A stretch of DNA of 28,239 nucleotides from NCBI GenBank assembly GCA_046757165.1, contig JBHHXT010000049.1:1-28239 (forward strand). The letters are read 5' to 3'. The notes under the pieces are model-generated. The model did no database searches. It was not told the origin of the DNA and saw only the letters and a program-made list of their open reading frames with translations. How positions within the stretch are numbered: position 1 is the first letter of the stretch; each line of letters starts with the position of its first letter. Below are positions 1 to 8,672 of this stretch, piece after piece. A program made the translations under genes and the position numbers. Source of the DNA: a bacterium. Its GTDB lineage: Bacteria > Zhuqueibacterota > Zhuqueibacteria > Oceanimicrobiales > Oceanimicrobiaceae.

Positions 1-2
1 CA

Positions 3-920
3 GCATTTCCGGATGTCTGTTTAAGTCCGCCTTCGCCGCCTGCCGGACCGATTCCGATTCCCTATCCGGATACGTCTTTTTCAAAGGACATGAAAAACGG
101 CAGCAGAACGGTCAAGATCAAAGGCAAGGAAATTATGCTCAAGGACAAGTCGTTTTATAAGACTTCTCCGCTAGGGGACGAGGCAGCGACGAAAAGTTTA
201 GGACAGGGGGTCATTACGCATACCATAACTGGAAAAACCTACTTTGTTATGTGGTCGATGGATGTGAAGATTGAAGGTCAGAATGTTGATCGTCACATTG
301 ACATGACGACTTCTAATCATGCAAGTCCAATGGCCAACGCAGCAGTACCGGGTCCGAATGTAGCCGCCATGCTGATGGCTTCCATAGAAGACGATCTGGA
401 TAAATGTGTATGTTGTAAGAAAAAACCGAGGCATTCGACTGGCAAAGCAATGAAAATGGATGATTGGTACACAACCGACGTGCATGGTAATCCTCTTCCC
501 GACAACGATCCAAAGGTAGTGAAATATGGGCAGCTGATGCAAGATGCCAAAAATCGTAAGAACTCTTCGCCACCTTGTACGTGTAACGGCGAGATTCTAC
601 CAAAGGCACCATGCAACGTTTTTCGTAAACCCGTAAGCGCTGCTGAATACGACAAAATCAAGAACGACTGGAAGAACGAGCGTAAAACTTATCAACTTAA
701 AAAAGGCATACTATCCGAAGCCCAAGTAATTGCAGACTTAACAAATAAGCTAGGCATAACACCGACGCAAATAGAAGTCGAAAACGAAAGAAAAGTCAAC
801 CATCTTGTGCCGAAGACGGCTGGAGGCTGTCCAACCGGGGATGAAAACCTTCAGCCAAACGGAGAATTGTGTTCAGTTTGTAGAAAGCTTGATAAACGTT
901 TTGGCGATCTACAGAATTAA
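3..920 (+). CDS. DUF4150 (PAAR-like) protein with C-terminal putative toxin domain (Cys-rich, HNH-nuclease-like); 5'-truncated by window edge
   Basis: Frame is open from base 3: AFPDVCLSPPSPPAGPIPIPYPD...GSRTVKI...S.GDEA...G..T....GK.YF..WS.DVKIEG.NV.RH.D.TTSNH, the DUF4150 signature. C-terminus VNHLVPKTAGGC...ENLQ....LCSVC resembles the HNH pattern (D/N)HxxPxxxGG...NLxxLCxxC. Confidence 0.85.
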   Translation, partial: AFPDVCLSPPSPPAGPIPIPYPDTSFSKDMKNGSRTVKIKGKEIMLKDKSFYKTSPLGDEAATKSLGQGVITHTITGKTYFVMWSMDVKIEGQNVDRHIDMTTSNHASPMANAAVPGPNVAAMLMASIEDDLDKCVCCKKKPRHSTGKAMKMDDWYTTDVHGNPLPDNDPKVVKYGQLMQDAKNRKNSSPPCTCNGEILPKAPCNVFRKPVSAAEYDKIKNDWKNERKTYQLKKGILSEAQVIADLTNKLGITPTQIEVENERKVNHLVPKTAGGCPTGDENLQPNGELCSVCRKLDKRFGDLQN

Positions 921-954
921 GTTTTCGTAAGGTTCTGCAACCAGAGAATATATA

Positions 955-1782
955 ATGAACAATGATGTCAATTACGAAATAAGCAGTATTGATTGGAATG
1001 GCCGGGGATACTGTGGCTTCCCTGAGCCTCCTTCAGATTTTAGATCTCGATTCGGCACTCCTACCGAGGTGTGGCATTCGTGGCTAACAGCTCTGTTTCG
1101 TGCTAAGTGCGGTAGCTTTGATCTCTTGGGAGAATTTCCGCAGGTTTACAAAAAGATTGAACATCCTATTCTTCAGGAATTGTTCGCAACATTGCTTGGA
1201 GATGCAAGTCCTAATTCTTGCTTTCAGGCTGTCATAGATGAATTAGAGACTACAAGCAGTACGGAACTCAGTATGGACTTCTGCGACGTACTTCAATCTC
1301 GGGGCAGGCTTGCAGATGTACCGATTCTTCTAAAGGTGTACCAAAAGATCGCCTTCGTTGAAGATGCGGATATTATTCCAAGTTATTTATCCCGTTTGTT
1401 GGAGCCAAAGGTAGACAGACTTTCAAACCCGTCATGTTTTGCTTCGTTTAACGACTATTGTGATGAAGTGATGGGTTTTTACAATCGTCTTGTTGATAGG
1501 TTTGGCACCGAGAACATACTGATTTTTGTCGGCGAACAGTTTAGTGTGAATTGTCTAGCTAAAAGGATATTGGATGAGGTTAGGAATCCTTACTTTCAGA
1601 GTTTTTTGAGGCGCAAGTTTGAGGCTTCGACTGGAGTTGATTGTACCAATTTCTACAAAGCTGGAGTTCTCCAGCCTCTGACAGCTGCTGCAATCGTAGA
1701 AGAATTCCTCGAAAGCCCTGATGCCCAAAAGTACGAACACGGCGTCCGTTATTTTTGGGGACATCGAATCCCGGATGAGTGA
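955..1782 (+). CDS. Putative cognate immunity protein (helical; possibly Imm47-like)
   Basis: 275-aa ORF immediately after the toxin gene, in the same visibly AT-richer block, with no signal peptide. Ends in GVRYFWGHRIP. The family assignment is tentative, from memory of motifs. Confidence 0.6.
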   Translation: MNNDVNYEISSIDWNGRGYCGFPEPPSDFRSRFGTPTEVWHSWLTALFRAKCGSFDLLGEFPQVYKKIEHPILQELFATLLGDASPNSCFQAVIDELETTSSTELSMDFCDVLQSRGRLADVPILLKVYQKIAFVEDADIIPSYLSRLLEPKVDRLSNPSCFASFNDYCDEVMGFYNRLVDRFGTENILIFVGEQFSVNCLAKRILDEVRNPYFQSFLRRKFEASTGVDCTNFYKAGVLQPLTAAAIVEEFLESPDAQKYEHGVRYFWGHRIPDE

Positions 1783-1785
1783 AAA

Positions 1786-3063
1786 ATGAACAAAGTCATC
1801 CCCGAAATCATCCAACAACACGCCGAAGAAGCCGCCTTCCTCTGGCTGCTACGCGACCAGGCTGTGAATGCGCCGCACTACTCTCTGGCAGATTTGGCTG
1901 AACTCGATAACCGTGTGGAAACCCATATCGACGGCTTGCGAATCGCCGGCGAAGCTGGCTGGGAAATTTGCGACGAATCACTCGATTGGCAGGAGCCCGG
2001 CGAAGTGTTCGCCGCGGCGGTTTTAGCCTTTGAAACCGGCCGGGAGGAGCGCATTCAAAAAGTTCTTGAAGTAGCAAGTACTTCAATTGGACTTTCAGGC
2101 GGTTTAGTCTCTGCCCTGGGTTGGCTGCCCCATGAGCACGTTGCCAAACAAATCCAGCAACTTTTGTCGACTGACTCGTCGGCATTGCGTCATGCTGGCA
2201 TTGCCGGGTGCGGAGTTCACCGCCAAGATCCTGGGGCGCCGTTGAAGGACGCATTTTCCCATGAAGATGAAAGGCTGAGAAGTCGGGCTTTGCGAGCTGC
2301 CGGTGAGCTGGGACGAGCAGATTTATTGCCGCATTTATTCCCTCATTTCCAGGACGACAATGAGCTGTGTCGATTTTCCGCTGCCTGGTCTGCGGCTCTG
2401 CTGGGCGACGCGCGGGCCACAACCGTGCTGCAATCCGTCGCGGAGCAGGATGTCCCGTTTCGGGAAGAGGCCGCCCGGATGGCTGTACGCCGGATGAAGC
2501 CGGCCGCGGCCTTCGACTGGCTCAAACGACTGCCACAAAGTCCCCAAAACATGCGTCTGGCGCTCATCGCTGGCGGCGCCATCGGCGAGCCTTCCTGCGT
2601 CCCGTGGCTGATTGACCAGATGAGCGTGCCGGAGCTGGCGCGGGTGGCGGGCGAGGCGTTTTCCATGATCACGGGGGTGGACATTGCCTATGACGATCTC
2701 GAAGGCGAATGGCCGGCAGGCTTTGAAGCCGGCCCAACGGAAAATCCCGAAGACGAAAACGTCGAAATGGATGGTGACGAAGATTTGCCCTGGCCAGAAC
2801 AGGAGCTGATTCACCGCTGGTGGCAAGAACAATCGAGTCGATTTCAGAAAGGCAAGCGCTACTTGTGCGGCCAGCCGATCACGGCAGATAGCTTGATGCA
2901 AGTTTTGCGCAGGGGTAAGCAGCGCCAGCGCGCTGCGGCTGCGATTGAATTGGCTCTCTTGCAGCCAGGCAAACCGTTGTTTGAAGTTCGCGCTCCGGGA
3001 TTTCGGCAGCAAAAAATGCTCACTGCAAATCAGGAGGAGAGAAACAATCCGGACATAAGATAA
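1786..3063 (+). CDS. TIGR02270 family HEAT-repeat protein (accessory of DUF4150/DUF2169 T6SS effector loci)
   Basis: QHAEEAAFLWLLR..AV.APHY.L.DLAELD.RV..H.DGL; ARVAGEAFSMITGVD; GP.E.PEDE.V.MD.DEDLPWP; G.RYL.G.P; G.QRQR.AAA.ELAL. Confidence 0.92.
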   Translation: MNKVIPEIIQQHAEEAAFLWLLRDQAVNAPHYSLADLAELDNRVETHIDGLRIAGEAGWEICDESLDWQEPGEVFAAAVLAFETGREERIQKVLEVASTSIGLSGGLVSALGWLPHEHVAKQIQQLLSTDSSALRHAGIAGCGVHRQDPGAPLKDAFSHEDERLRSRALRAAGELGRADLLPHLFPHFQDDNELCRFSAAWSAALLGDARATTVLQSVAEQDVPFREEAARMAVRRMKPAAAFDWLKRLPQSPQNMRLALIAGGAIGEPSCVPWLIDQMSVPELARVAGEAFSMITGVDIAYDDLEGEWPAGFEAGPTENPEDENVEMDGDEDLPWPEQELIHRWWQEQSSRFQKGKRYLCGQPITADSLMQVLRRGKQRQRAAAAIELALLQPGKPLFEVRAPGFRQQKMLTANQEERNNPDIR

Positions 3064-3124
3064 GAGAATTTCCCGTCATCCAGGCTCTTTAGTAAAAAAC
3101 AATCAGCAAATTGGACTGCCCCAA

Positions 3125-5272
3125 ATGAGCTTGATCAACAAAACTATCGACAACTATAAAATCCTCGCCAGGATCGGCAAAGGCGGCATGGGCGTGGTGT
3201 ACAAAGCCCTGGATTTGACCCTGGAAAAAGAAGTCGCGCTCAAGATGGTCGATCCGCTGCTGGCAAACGACGAGCGTTTTCTGAAGCGCTTTCGCAATGA
3301 AGCGCGCACGCTGGCGAAACTGGACAACCCCAACATCATCACCGTGCACGCTTTTCGGGAGACGGAAGAGGGCGTGTTCATGATCATGCGCTACGTCGAG
3401 GGACAGACCCTGGCGCAATTGATCGATGCGCACGGCCCGATCTCCTTCCACAAGGCCGTGCCGATTGTGAAGCAGATTCTCCACGGCCTGAGCCATGCCC
3501 ATGCGGCCGGCGTCATCCACCGCGACATCAAGCCGAACAACATCATGATCACACACGAGGGCGTGGTCAAGGTCATGGACTTCGGCCTGGCGCGCATGCA
3601 GCACGGGCCGGACAGCACCCTGACCTTCCGCGGCGTGGGCACGATTCGCTACATGTCGCCGGAGCAGGTGGAACGGCCGGACAACCTCGACCACCGCACC
3701 GACATCTATTCGCTCGGCATGACCTTCTACGAAATGCTCGCCGGCGAAACGCCGTTCGGCGATACCACCACGGACTTTGCCATTATGAAGGCGATCGTGG
3801 AGGATACCTTTCCCGTGCCCGGCGCCATCAATCCCAAAGTGCCCAAGCTGCTCAACAAGATCGTCATGAAGGCACTCGAAAAGCGGCCGGAAGACCGCTT
3901 CCAAAAGGCGGAGGAGATGTTGAAGGAAATCCACCGGTTCGAGAAATATGACAAGCTCAATGTCATCTCGAGGACCACGGTCAAGATTCGCGAGCACCGG
4001 ACACGGCGCGCGCACACCACTCACACAGCGACCACCGGGGCGAAAACCCGAAGCACCCATCACAAGAGAGGCATCCGTCGCAAGCTCAAAGAGTTGAGGC
4101 TGCCCATCGCTGCTTCTCTGGCCGCCGTCACACTGCTCGTCGCTCTGTTCGCGATATTCAAAAACCCGGCGAGCAAGACCCGTCTGTCCGTGACTTCGCG
4201 GCCCGCCGGCGCCGCGGTCACCATCAACAACGAACGCGTTGGCACGACGCCACTCGACCGGCTCCCCCTCGAGGCCGGAATGGTTGCCGTTCATTTCACA
4301 AAAGCGGGGTATGTGCCGTTCGACACCTTGCTGACTATCGAGGCAGGCGAGGCGTTGACGCTCAACCCCGGGCTGCAAAGATTCGCTTCTGTTGCCATCG
4401 AAGTCGACCCTGCGGACGCACGGGTTGCGATTGCTGACACCCCCATCGACCCCGGCCAATTCTCGAACCTGGAAATGCGGCCGGGCGAATACACGGTCGA
4501 GGTTTCGCTCGAGGGGTTTGACTCGATCCGGGAAACCGTGGTGCTGGAAGCGGGCGAAAGACACGCGCTTGCCTACACGCTCGAGCCCATCGCGTTACTC
4601 GTTCTTGACGTCACGCCTCCTGAAGCTGAGGTCACGGTCGATGGCGCGATCCTGGACCCGTCCCAGCTCACCGGGCTCAAACTGGAGCCGGGATTCCACA
4701 CCATAAAAGTGGCAAGCCCGGGTTACGAAACCATCGAGGAGAAAATTCTGTTGAGCCAGGGCAGCAGGGATACGTTGCAGTATCATCTGGCCACGACTGC
4801 CGTCAGGAAGGTGGACAAGGTTATCGCAACCGGGACACTTCATGTGACGACGGAGCCTGCCGCCGTCTCTGTCTGGCTTGATGGCCGGAAAATGGCATCG
4901 GCAACGCCGCTGACGCTCAACCTGTTGCGAGCCGGGAGACATAAGATCGAGCTCAGGAAGCCTGGCTACAAGACCTCGTCAGCCAGCGTGAACGTGCTCG
5001 AGAACAGGGACAACTACTTCTATTTGAAATTGGAGGCCCTGCCAAAGGTCCAGGTCAGCATCACCGCCAAAGACTCGAAGGGGAAGTATCTGGTCGGTAA
5101 GATCTATGTCAATGGCCGCTATACGGGATTTACCACCCCTCAGCAGTTTGATTTTCCAATCGGCGTGTATTCCATCGAGGTGAAAAAGGGAGGGTATATT
5201 TCAGCGAAAAAACCGGTTACGCTCCGGAGCGACTCCCGGCTCGAATTTGTCCTCCGGCCGCTGACGAATTGA
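3125..5272 (+). CDS. Hanks-type Ser/Thr protein kinase, one TM helix, multiple C-terminal PEGA-like repeats
   Basis: GKGGMGVVYKA, VALK, HRDIKPNN, DFGLA, GTIRYMSPEQ, DIYSLG; TM IAASLAAVTLLVALFAIF; repeats such as LSVTSRPAGAAVTINNERVGTTPL and LHVTTEPAAVSVWLDG...LRKPGYK. Confidence 0.95.
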   Translation: MSLINKTIDNYKILARIGKGGMGVVYKALDLTLEKEVALKMVDPLLANDERFLKRFRNEARTLAKLDNPNIITVHAFRETEEGVFMIMRYVEGQTLAQLIDAHGPISFHKAVPIVKQILHGLSHAHAAGVIHRDIKPNNIMITHEGVVKVMDFGLARMQHGPDSTLTFRGVGTIRYMSPEQVERPDNLDHRTDIYSLGMTFYEMLAGETPFGDTTTDFAIMKAIVEDTFPVPGAINPKVPKLLNKIVMKALEKRPEDRFQKAEEMLKEIHRFEKYDKLNVISRTTVKIREHRTRRAHTTHTATTGAKTRSTHHKRGIRRKLKELRLPIAASLAAVTLLVALFAIFKNPASKTRLSVTSRPAGAAVTINNERVGTTPLDRLPLEAGMVAVHFTKAGYVPFDTLLTIEAGEALTLNPGLQRFASVAIEVDPADARVAIADTPIDPGQFSNLEMRPGEYTVEVSLEGFDSIRETVVLEAGERHALAYTLEPIALLVLDVTPPEAEVTVDGAILDPSQLTGLKLEPGFHTIKVASPGYETIEEKILLSQGSRDTLQYHLATTAVRKVDKVIATGTLHVTTEPAAVSVWLDGRKMASATPLTLNLLRAGRHKIELRKPGYKTSSASVNVLENRDNYFYLKLEALPKVQVSITAKDSKGKYLVGKIYVNGRYTGFTTPQQFDFPIGVYSIEVKKGGYISAKKPVTLRSDSRLEFVLRPLTN

Positions 5273-5306
5273 CCGCCACGCGGGGTCGCAAACAGTTCTC
5301 GAACAG

Positions 5307-5726
5307 GTGAAAATTATCTTCGCTAAAAGAGTTCATGCGGTAATCATTCTCAGCCTCTTCTTCTTCGCTTTCAACCTCAGCAATTGCAGCAAGCATCCTC
5401 AGGCGAAGGCATCAAGCTGCAGAACCATTCTTGTCGAGGCTGAAAAACGATACTATAATGCGGAGTTCAGCAACGCCCTGGCTTTGTTGAATTTTTACTT
5501 CAACAGATGCACCCGAAGAGGGACCCTGGTGGGCAAGAAAGCGCTCATTCTGCTGCCGGAAATCTATATCAAGAAGAATGACTACGCCCGTGCCAAGAAA
5601 GCCACCAGACTTCTGATAAAATTCGATCCCACGTTCGACCCGGACCCGAACGAGCATTCGGCGCAGTTTCTCATGCTGTTCAGAGGGCTCAAACGCGAAA
5701 TGCGTCCACACTCAGCACAGAAGTGA
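5307..5726 (+). CDS. Small exported or lipoprotein-like TPR-type helical protein
   Basis: GTG start, basic/hydrophobic N-terminus ending LSNC, helical AE..YY...F..AL.LL pattern, and DP.FDPDP motif. Stop lies 1 nt before the next ATG. Confidence 0.6.
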   Translation: MKIIFAKRVHAVIILSLFFFAFNLSNCSKHPQAKASSCRTILVEAEKRYYNAEFSNALALLNFYFNRCTRRGTLVGKKALILLPEIYIKKNDYARAKKATRLLIKFDPTFDPDPNEHSAQFLMLFRGLKREMRPHSAQK

Positions 5727-5727
5727 A

Positions 5728-7380
5728 ATGATGATCGGGAAAACCATCGACAACTACCGAATCACCGAAAAGCTCGGCGAGGGCGGCATGGGGGTGGTGT
5801 ACAAAGCGACGCACATCCGGCTCGACAAGACCGTCGCCATCAAGATGCTTCACCCCATCTTCTCCTCAGACGAGGCGCTCTTGCAGCGGCTGCAGCAGGA
5901 AGCCAAGATCCTGTCGCAATTAGAAGCGTGCCAAAGCATCGTGCACGTGTCCGACGTGCGCGAGACGGAGTATGGCTGGATCATCGTCATGCAATACATC
6001 GATGGCATAACGCTGGCGCAGAAGGTCAAGCAGGTCGGCGCCGTCCCGTGGCAAAGCGCGCTGCCCATTTTTGTGCAGCTCCTGTCAGCCATCCGCTACG
6101 CGCATCAGGCGGGCGTCATCCATCGCGATATCAAACCCGGCAATGTCATGCTGGACAAAGACGGCAACATGCTCCTGACCGATTTCGGGCTGGCCAAGAG
6201 CATGAGCCGCGCCACCAGCACGCATTCACGCGGCAAGGCCATTGGGACGCCTGAGTTCATGCCACCGGAGCAATTTGACGCGCTCGGCAAGGTTGACAAA
6301 CGCAGCGACATCTATTCGCTCGGCATGACCTTCTACAAAGTCCTGGCAGGCAAGACACCGTTCAGGGAAACCGACAGTGACTTCACCATCCCCGGCATCC
6401 TCCATGACAAGGAGAAATTCACGCCCGTGCACCACCTGAAACCGGACATCCCCGAAAGCCTATCCAGAATTATCGCAAAGGCGATCGAAAAGAACCCGGG
6501 GCAGCGTTTTCAAAGCGCAGAACAAATGTTGCACGCCATCGAGCAATTTGAACAAGAGCGCGGCTTCGAAAGGACCACACAGGTGGTGCGGACGGAACCG
6601 GTGGCGAAGAAACGAAAGCAAGCCGGGCCGGTGCTGACCATTTCCTTCCTTGTTTTCGCCGTGGCAGCAATCGCTTACCTTGCCGTTCAGACGGGCATGC
6701 TCCAGAGGTCGAACCAACCAAAGGAACCAGGAGAGTCCGGAGAGGTAGTTTCTCCGAAGAACCCCGACAGGGTGGACCTACCCGGGACGAATCAGGATGA
6801 TAGAGACAAGCCATCCGACCAAAGCAAAGATTCGGTGCGGGTCACGCCGCCGGCCGCCTCTGCAGCCGGTAAGGTGGATGGCGGCCCGGAGAAACCCGCC
6901 AAAAAAGAAGTGGTCCCTCCTCCTGTCGTTGTGCAAGAAAAGGCCTATCTCGAGCTCGCCGTCGTGCCGAACGGGTCGATCTTCGTCGATGGGAAACCGG
7001 TCCCGGGCGTGAGCCAGTCGCCCACCACCGTTCCGGTGCTGGTTGGCCCGCACACGATTCGATTTCAACATCCCAGATATGGCAGCCACACCATTACAGT
7101 GGACCTGGCCAGGAATCCGGAACCGTCCTACACCTGCTACTTTGAAAGCTACTTCAGCATCTCGTCCGACCCCATCTGGGGCACCATCTGGGTCAACGGC
7201 AGCAGCACGGCAAAGACAACGCCATACGCGAGACTGCCGCTGGCACCCGGCGAATACCGGATAAACGTCGTCCGCAAAGGATATGAAACGGTCGGTGGCG
7301 CAAAAACGGTAGTTGTCAGGCCGACATTGCGGGAAACTGTGGTTCCTCTCGTGTTTGCTTTGAGAGAAAATGCAAATTGA
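5728..7380 (+). CDS. Hanks-type Ser/Thr protein kinase, one TM helix, Pro-rich linker and PEGA-like C-terminus
   Basis: GEGGMGVVYKA, VAIK, HRDIKPGN, DFGLA, GTPEFMPPEQ, DIYSLG; TM VLTISFLVFAVAAIAYLAV; C-terminal P.G.IFVDG and LAPGEYRINVVRKGYE. Confidence 0.95.
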   Translation: MMIGKTIDNYRITEKLGEGGMGVVYKATHIRLDKTVAIKMLHPIFSSDEALLQRLQQEAKILSQLEACQSIVHVSDVRETEYGWIIVMQYIDGITLAQKVKQVGAVPWQSALPIFVQLLSAIRYAHQAGVIHRDIKPGNVMLDKDGNMLLTDFGLAKSMSRATSTHSRGKAIGTPEFMPPEQFDALGKVDKRSDIYSLGMTFYKVLAGKTPFRETDSDFTIPGILHDKEKFTPVHHLKPDIPESLSRIIAKAIEKNPGQRFQSAEQMLHAIEQFEQERGFERTTQVVRTEPVAKKRKQAGPVLTISFLVFAVAAIAYLAVQTGMLQRSNQPKEPGESGEVVSPKNPDRVDLPGTNQDDRDKPSDQSKDSVRVTPPAASAAGKVDGGPEKPAKKEVVPPPVVVQEKAYLELAVVPNGSIFVDGKPVPGVSQSPTTVPVLVGPHTIRFQHPRYGSHTITVDLARNPEPSYTCYFESYFSISSDPIWGTIWVNGSSTAKTTPYARLPLAPGEYRINVVRKGYETVGGAKTVVVRPTLRETVVPLVFALRENAN

Positions 7381-7690
7381 GATGATTGGAAACACGGAAA
7401 AGACGCGCCTGCGGCACCGTCCGACAACTCGCCCTTTGGGCGGACTGTAAGGCGGCGCCGCCGGCCGCGCAAGCTGGAGCGTTACCTGTCTCCGGCTGTG
7501 GTTTTGGAGACCAGCCATTTGCAGGCGAAGCTGTTTGCGCCGTTCTATGCAAATCTTTGTGCTCAGTTGTGAAAAAAATTGCACCCTGCCTATCTCAGTG
7601 CCAGCGCCAGGAATTTCAGGCCTTTTGTATTCCATTGATTTAATGACAGTTAGAGCCGTCTTCACTTCGCCTCATTTCGGCCTGCATCGC

Positions 7691-7706
7691 TGGTATAGTC
7701 TTTGCT
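7691..7706 (+). promoter_or_regulatory. Sigma-54 (RpoN) -24/-12 promoter
   Basis: TGGTATAGTCTTTGCT matches TGGYAY-N5-TTGCW with exact GG-N10-GC spacing. It lies in the intergenic region, oriented toward the 7973-16456 operon. Confidence 0.75.
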
Positions 7707-7863
7707 GACCGATTAGTTCGTTGCAAAATGATACATTTCCTTAACAGCCTCACTTGATGACAAACGAAAACAATAACAATTATTCATAAATCAAGAATGA
7801 TGAAAGGAGGTGGGACGACACACTGATGTGGGTCAGTTGCGTGTTTTTGGGGTATGGCGCAAA

Positions 7864-7966
7864 GGACTCTTTGTTTGGAGGAAGAAATTTGAATGAGCTG
7901 CCACTTCATTCACGCTGAAGTATCAAAAAGTCTCAGGTTGATCAACAGGTATCTAACAGAGGAGGT
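7864..7966 (+). ncRNA. Candidate cis-regulatory RNA resembling a single variant glycine-riboswitch aptamer
   Basis: Element order: 5' P1 strand CTCTTTGTTTGGA, GGAAGA, P2 TGAATGA/TCATTCA (7890-7896/7906-7912), CGCTGAAG, TCTCAGG, 3' P1 strand TCTAACAGAGGAG overlapping the SD of 7973. The core departs from consensus. Confidence 0.35.
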
Positions 7967-7972
7967 GTCTCT

Positions 7973-8632
7973 ATGAAACCAAAAACAGCGACAGTTATGC
8001 TGACGACATTATTGTGCGTGGCATGGCTGGTGGGTTGTACGGATGTGCCCTCGACCGGGCCACCAACCCCGGAATTCAATTCTGAATTTCGTTTTCTCAA
8101 CGCCGCCGGGGACCTCGCAGATGTCAGTATTGTTTTCGATACCGGCCCTGCCGTCAACGGGCTCGGCTTTGGCACTGCGAATACGCACCAGACCTATCCG
8201 TCCGGCAACCGCGTGGCGACGTTGAGCTCGGGTGACACCCTGCGTGTCGCGATGACGAGCGATCAGCGCGCCACTGTCATGCTGATGGACAAAACGGGTG
8301 CGACTCGTGAGTTCATCAAATTGATCGAACGCCGTATTTTCGATCCGGCGACTACGAGTGCGGCTTTGTTCCGGGGCGTGCATGCGTCTCCTGATGCCGG
8401 CGATATTGAATTTACCGTTACCGGAGCGGATACGGTTTCCGGCACCGCCAGCTTTAAGGATGTCTCGCCTTATCTCAGTGTTACAGCCGGAGATTATACG
8501 CTGACTGTGACGACTGCGTCAGGTGATACGCTGACGACTTCTCTTAGTCTGTCCAACATGCGCCATACCGGCGTTTTGGTGGGAAGCTCTGCAGCCGGCA
8601 CGCTGGCTCTGGTGGGGCTCGATGATAATTAG
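7973..8632 (+). CDS. DUF4397-like lipoprotein
   Basis: Strong SD GGAGGT, lipobox LVGC, and two beta-rich repeats with RFLNA and RGVHASPDAGDI motifs typical of DUF4397. Confidence 0.8.
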   Translation: MKPKTATVMLTTLLCVAWLVGCTDVPSTGPPTPEFNSEFRFLNAAGDLADVSIVFDTGPAVNGLGFGTANTHQTYPSGNRVATLSSGDTLRVAMTSDQRATVMLMDKTGATREFIKLIERRIFDPATTSAALFRGVHASPDAGDIEFTVTGADTVSGTASFKDVSPYLSVTAGDYTLTVTTASGDTLTTSLSLSNMRHTGVLVGSSAAGTLALVGLDDN

Positions 8633-8672
8633 CAGCCATGAAATCTCTAACGAAGCATAAGGAGGAATTGTA

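Noticed and set aside
3089..4564. 491-aa minus-strand ORF
   Set aside because: Antisense shadow of the Ser/Thr kinase; no family motifs; expected from GC-rich codon bias.
7386..7643. 85-aa Cys-rich ORF after the second kinase (possible RiPP or metal-binding peptide)
   Set aside because: TTG start without a clear SD, no recognisable motif, no modification enzymes nearby, and it overlaps the probable upstream regulatory region of the sigma-54 promoter.
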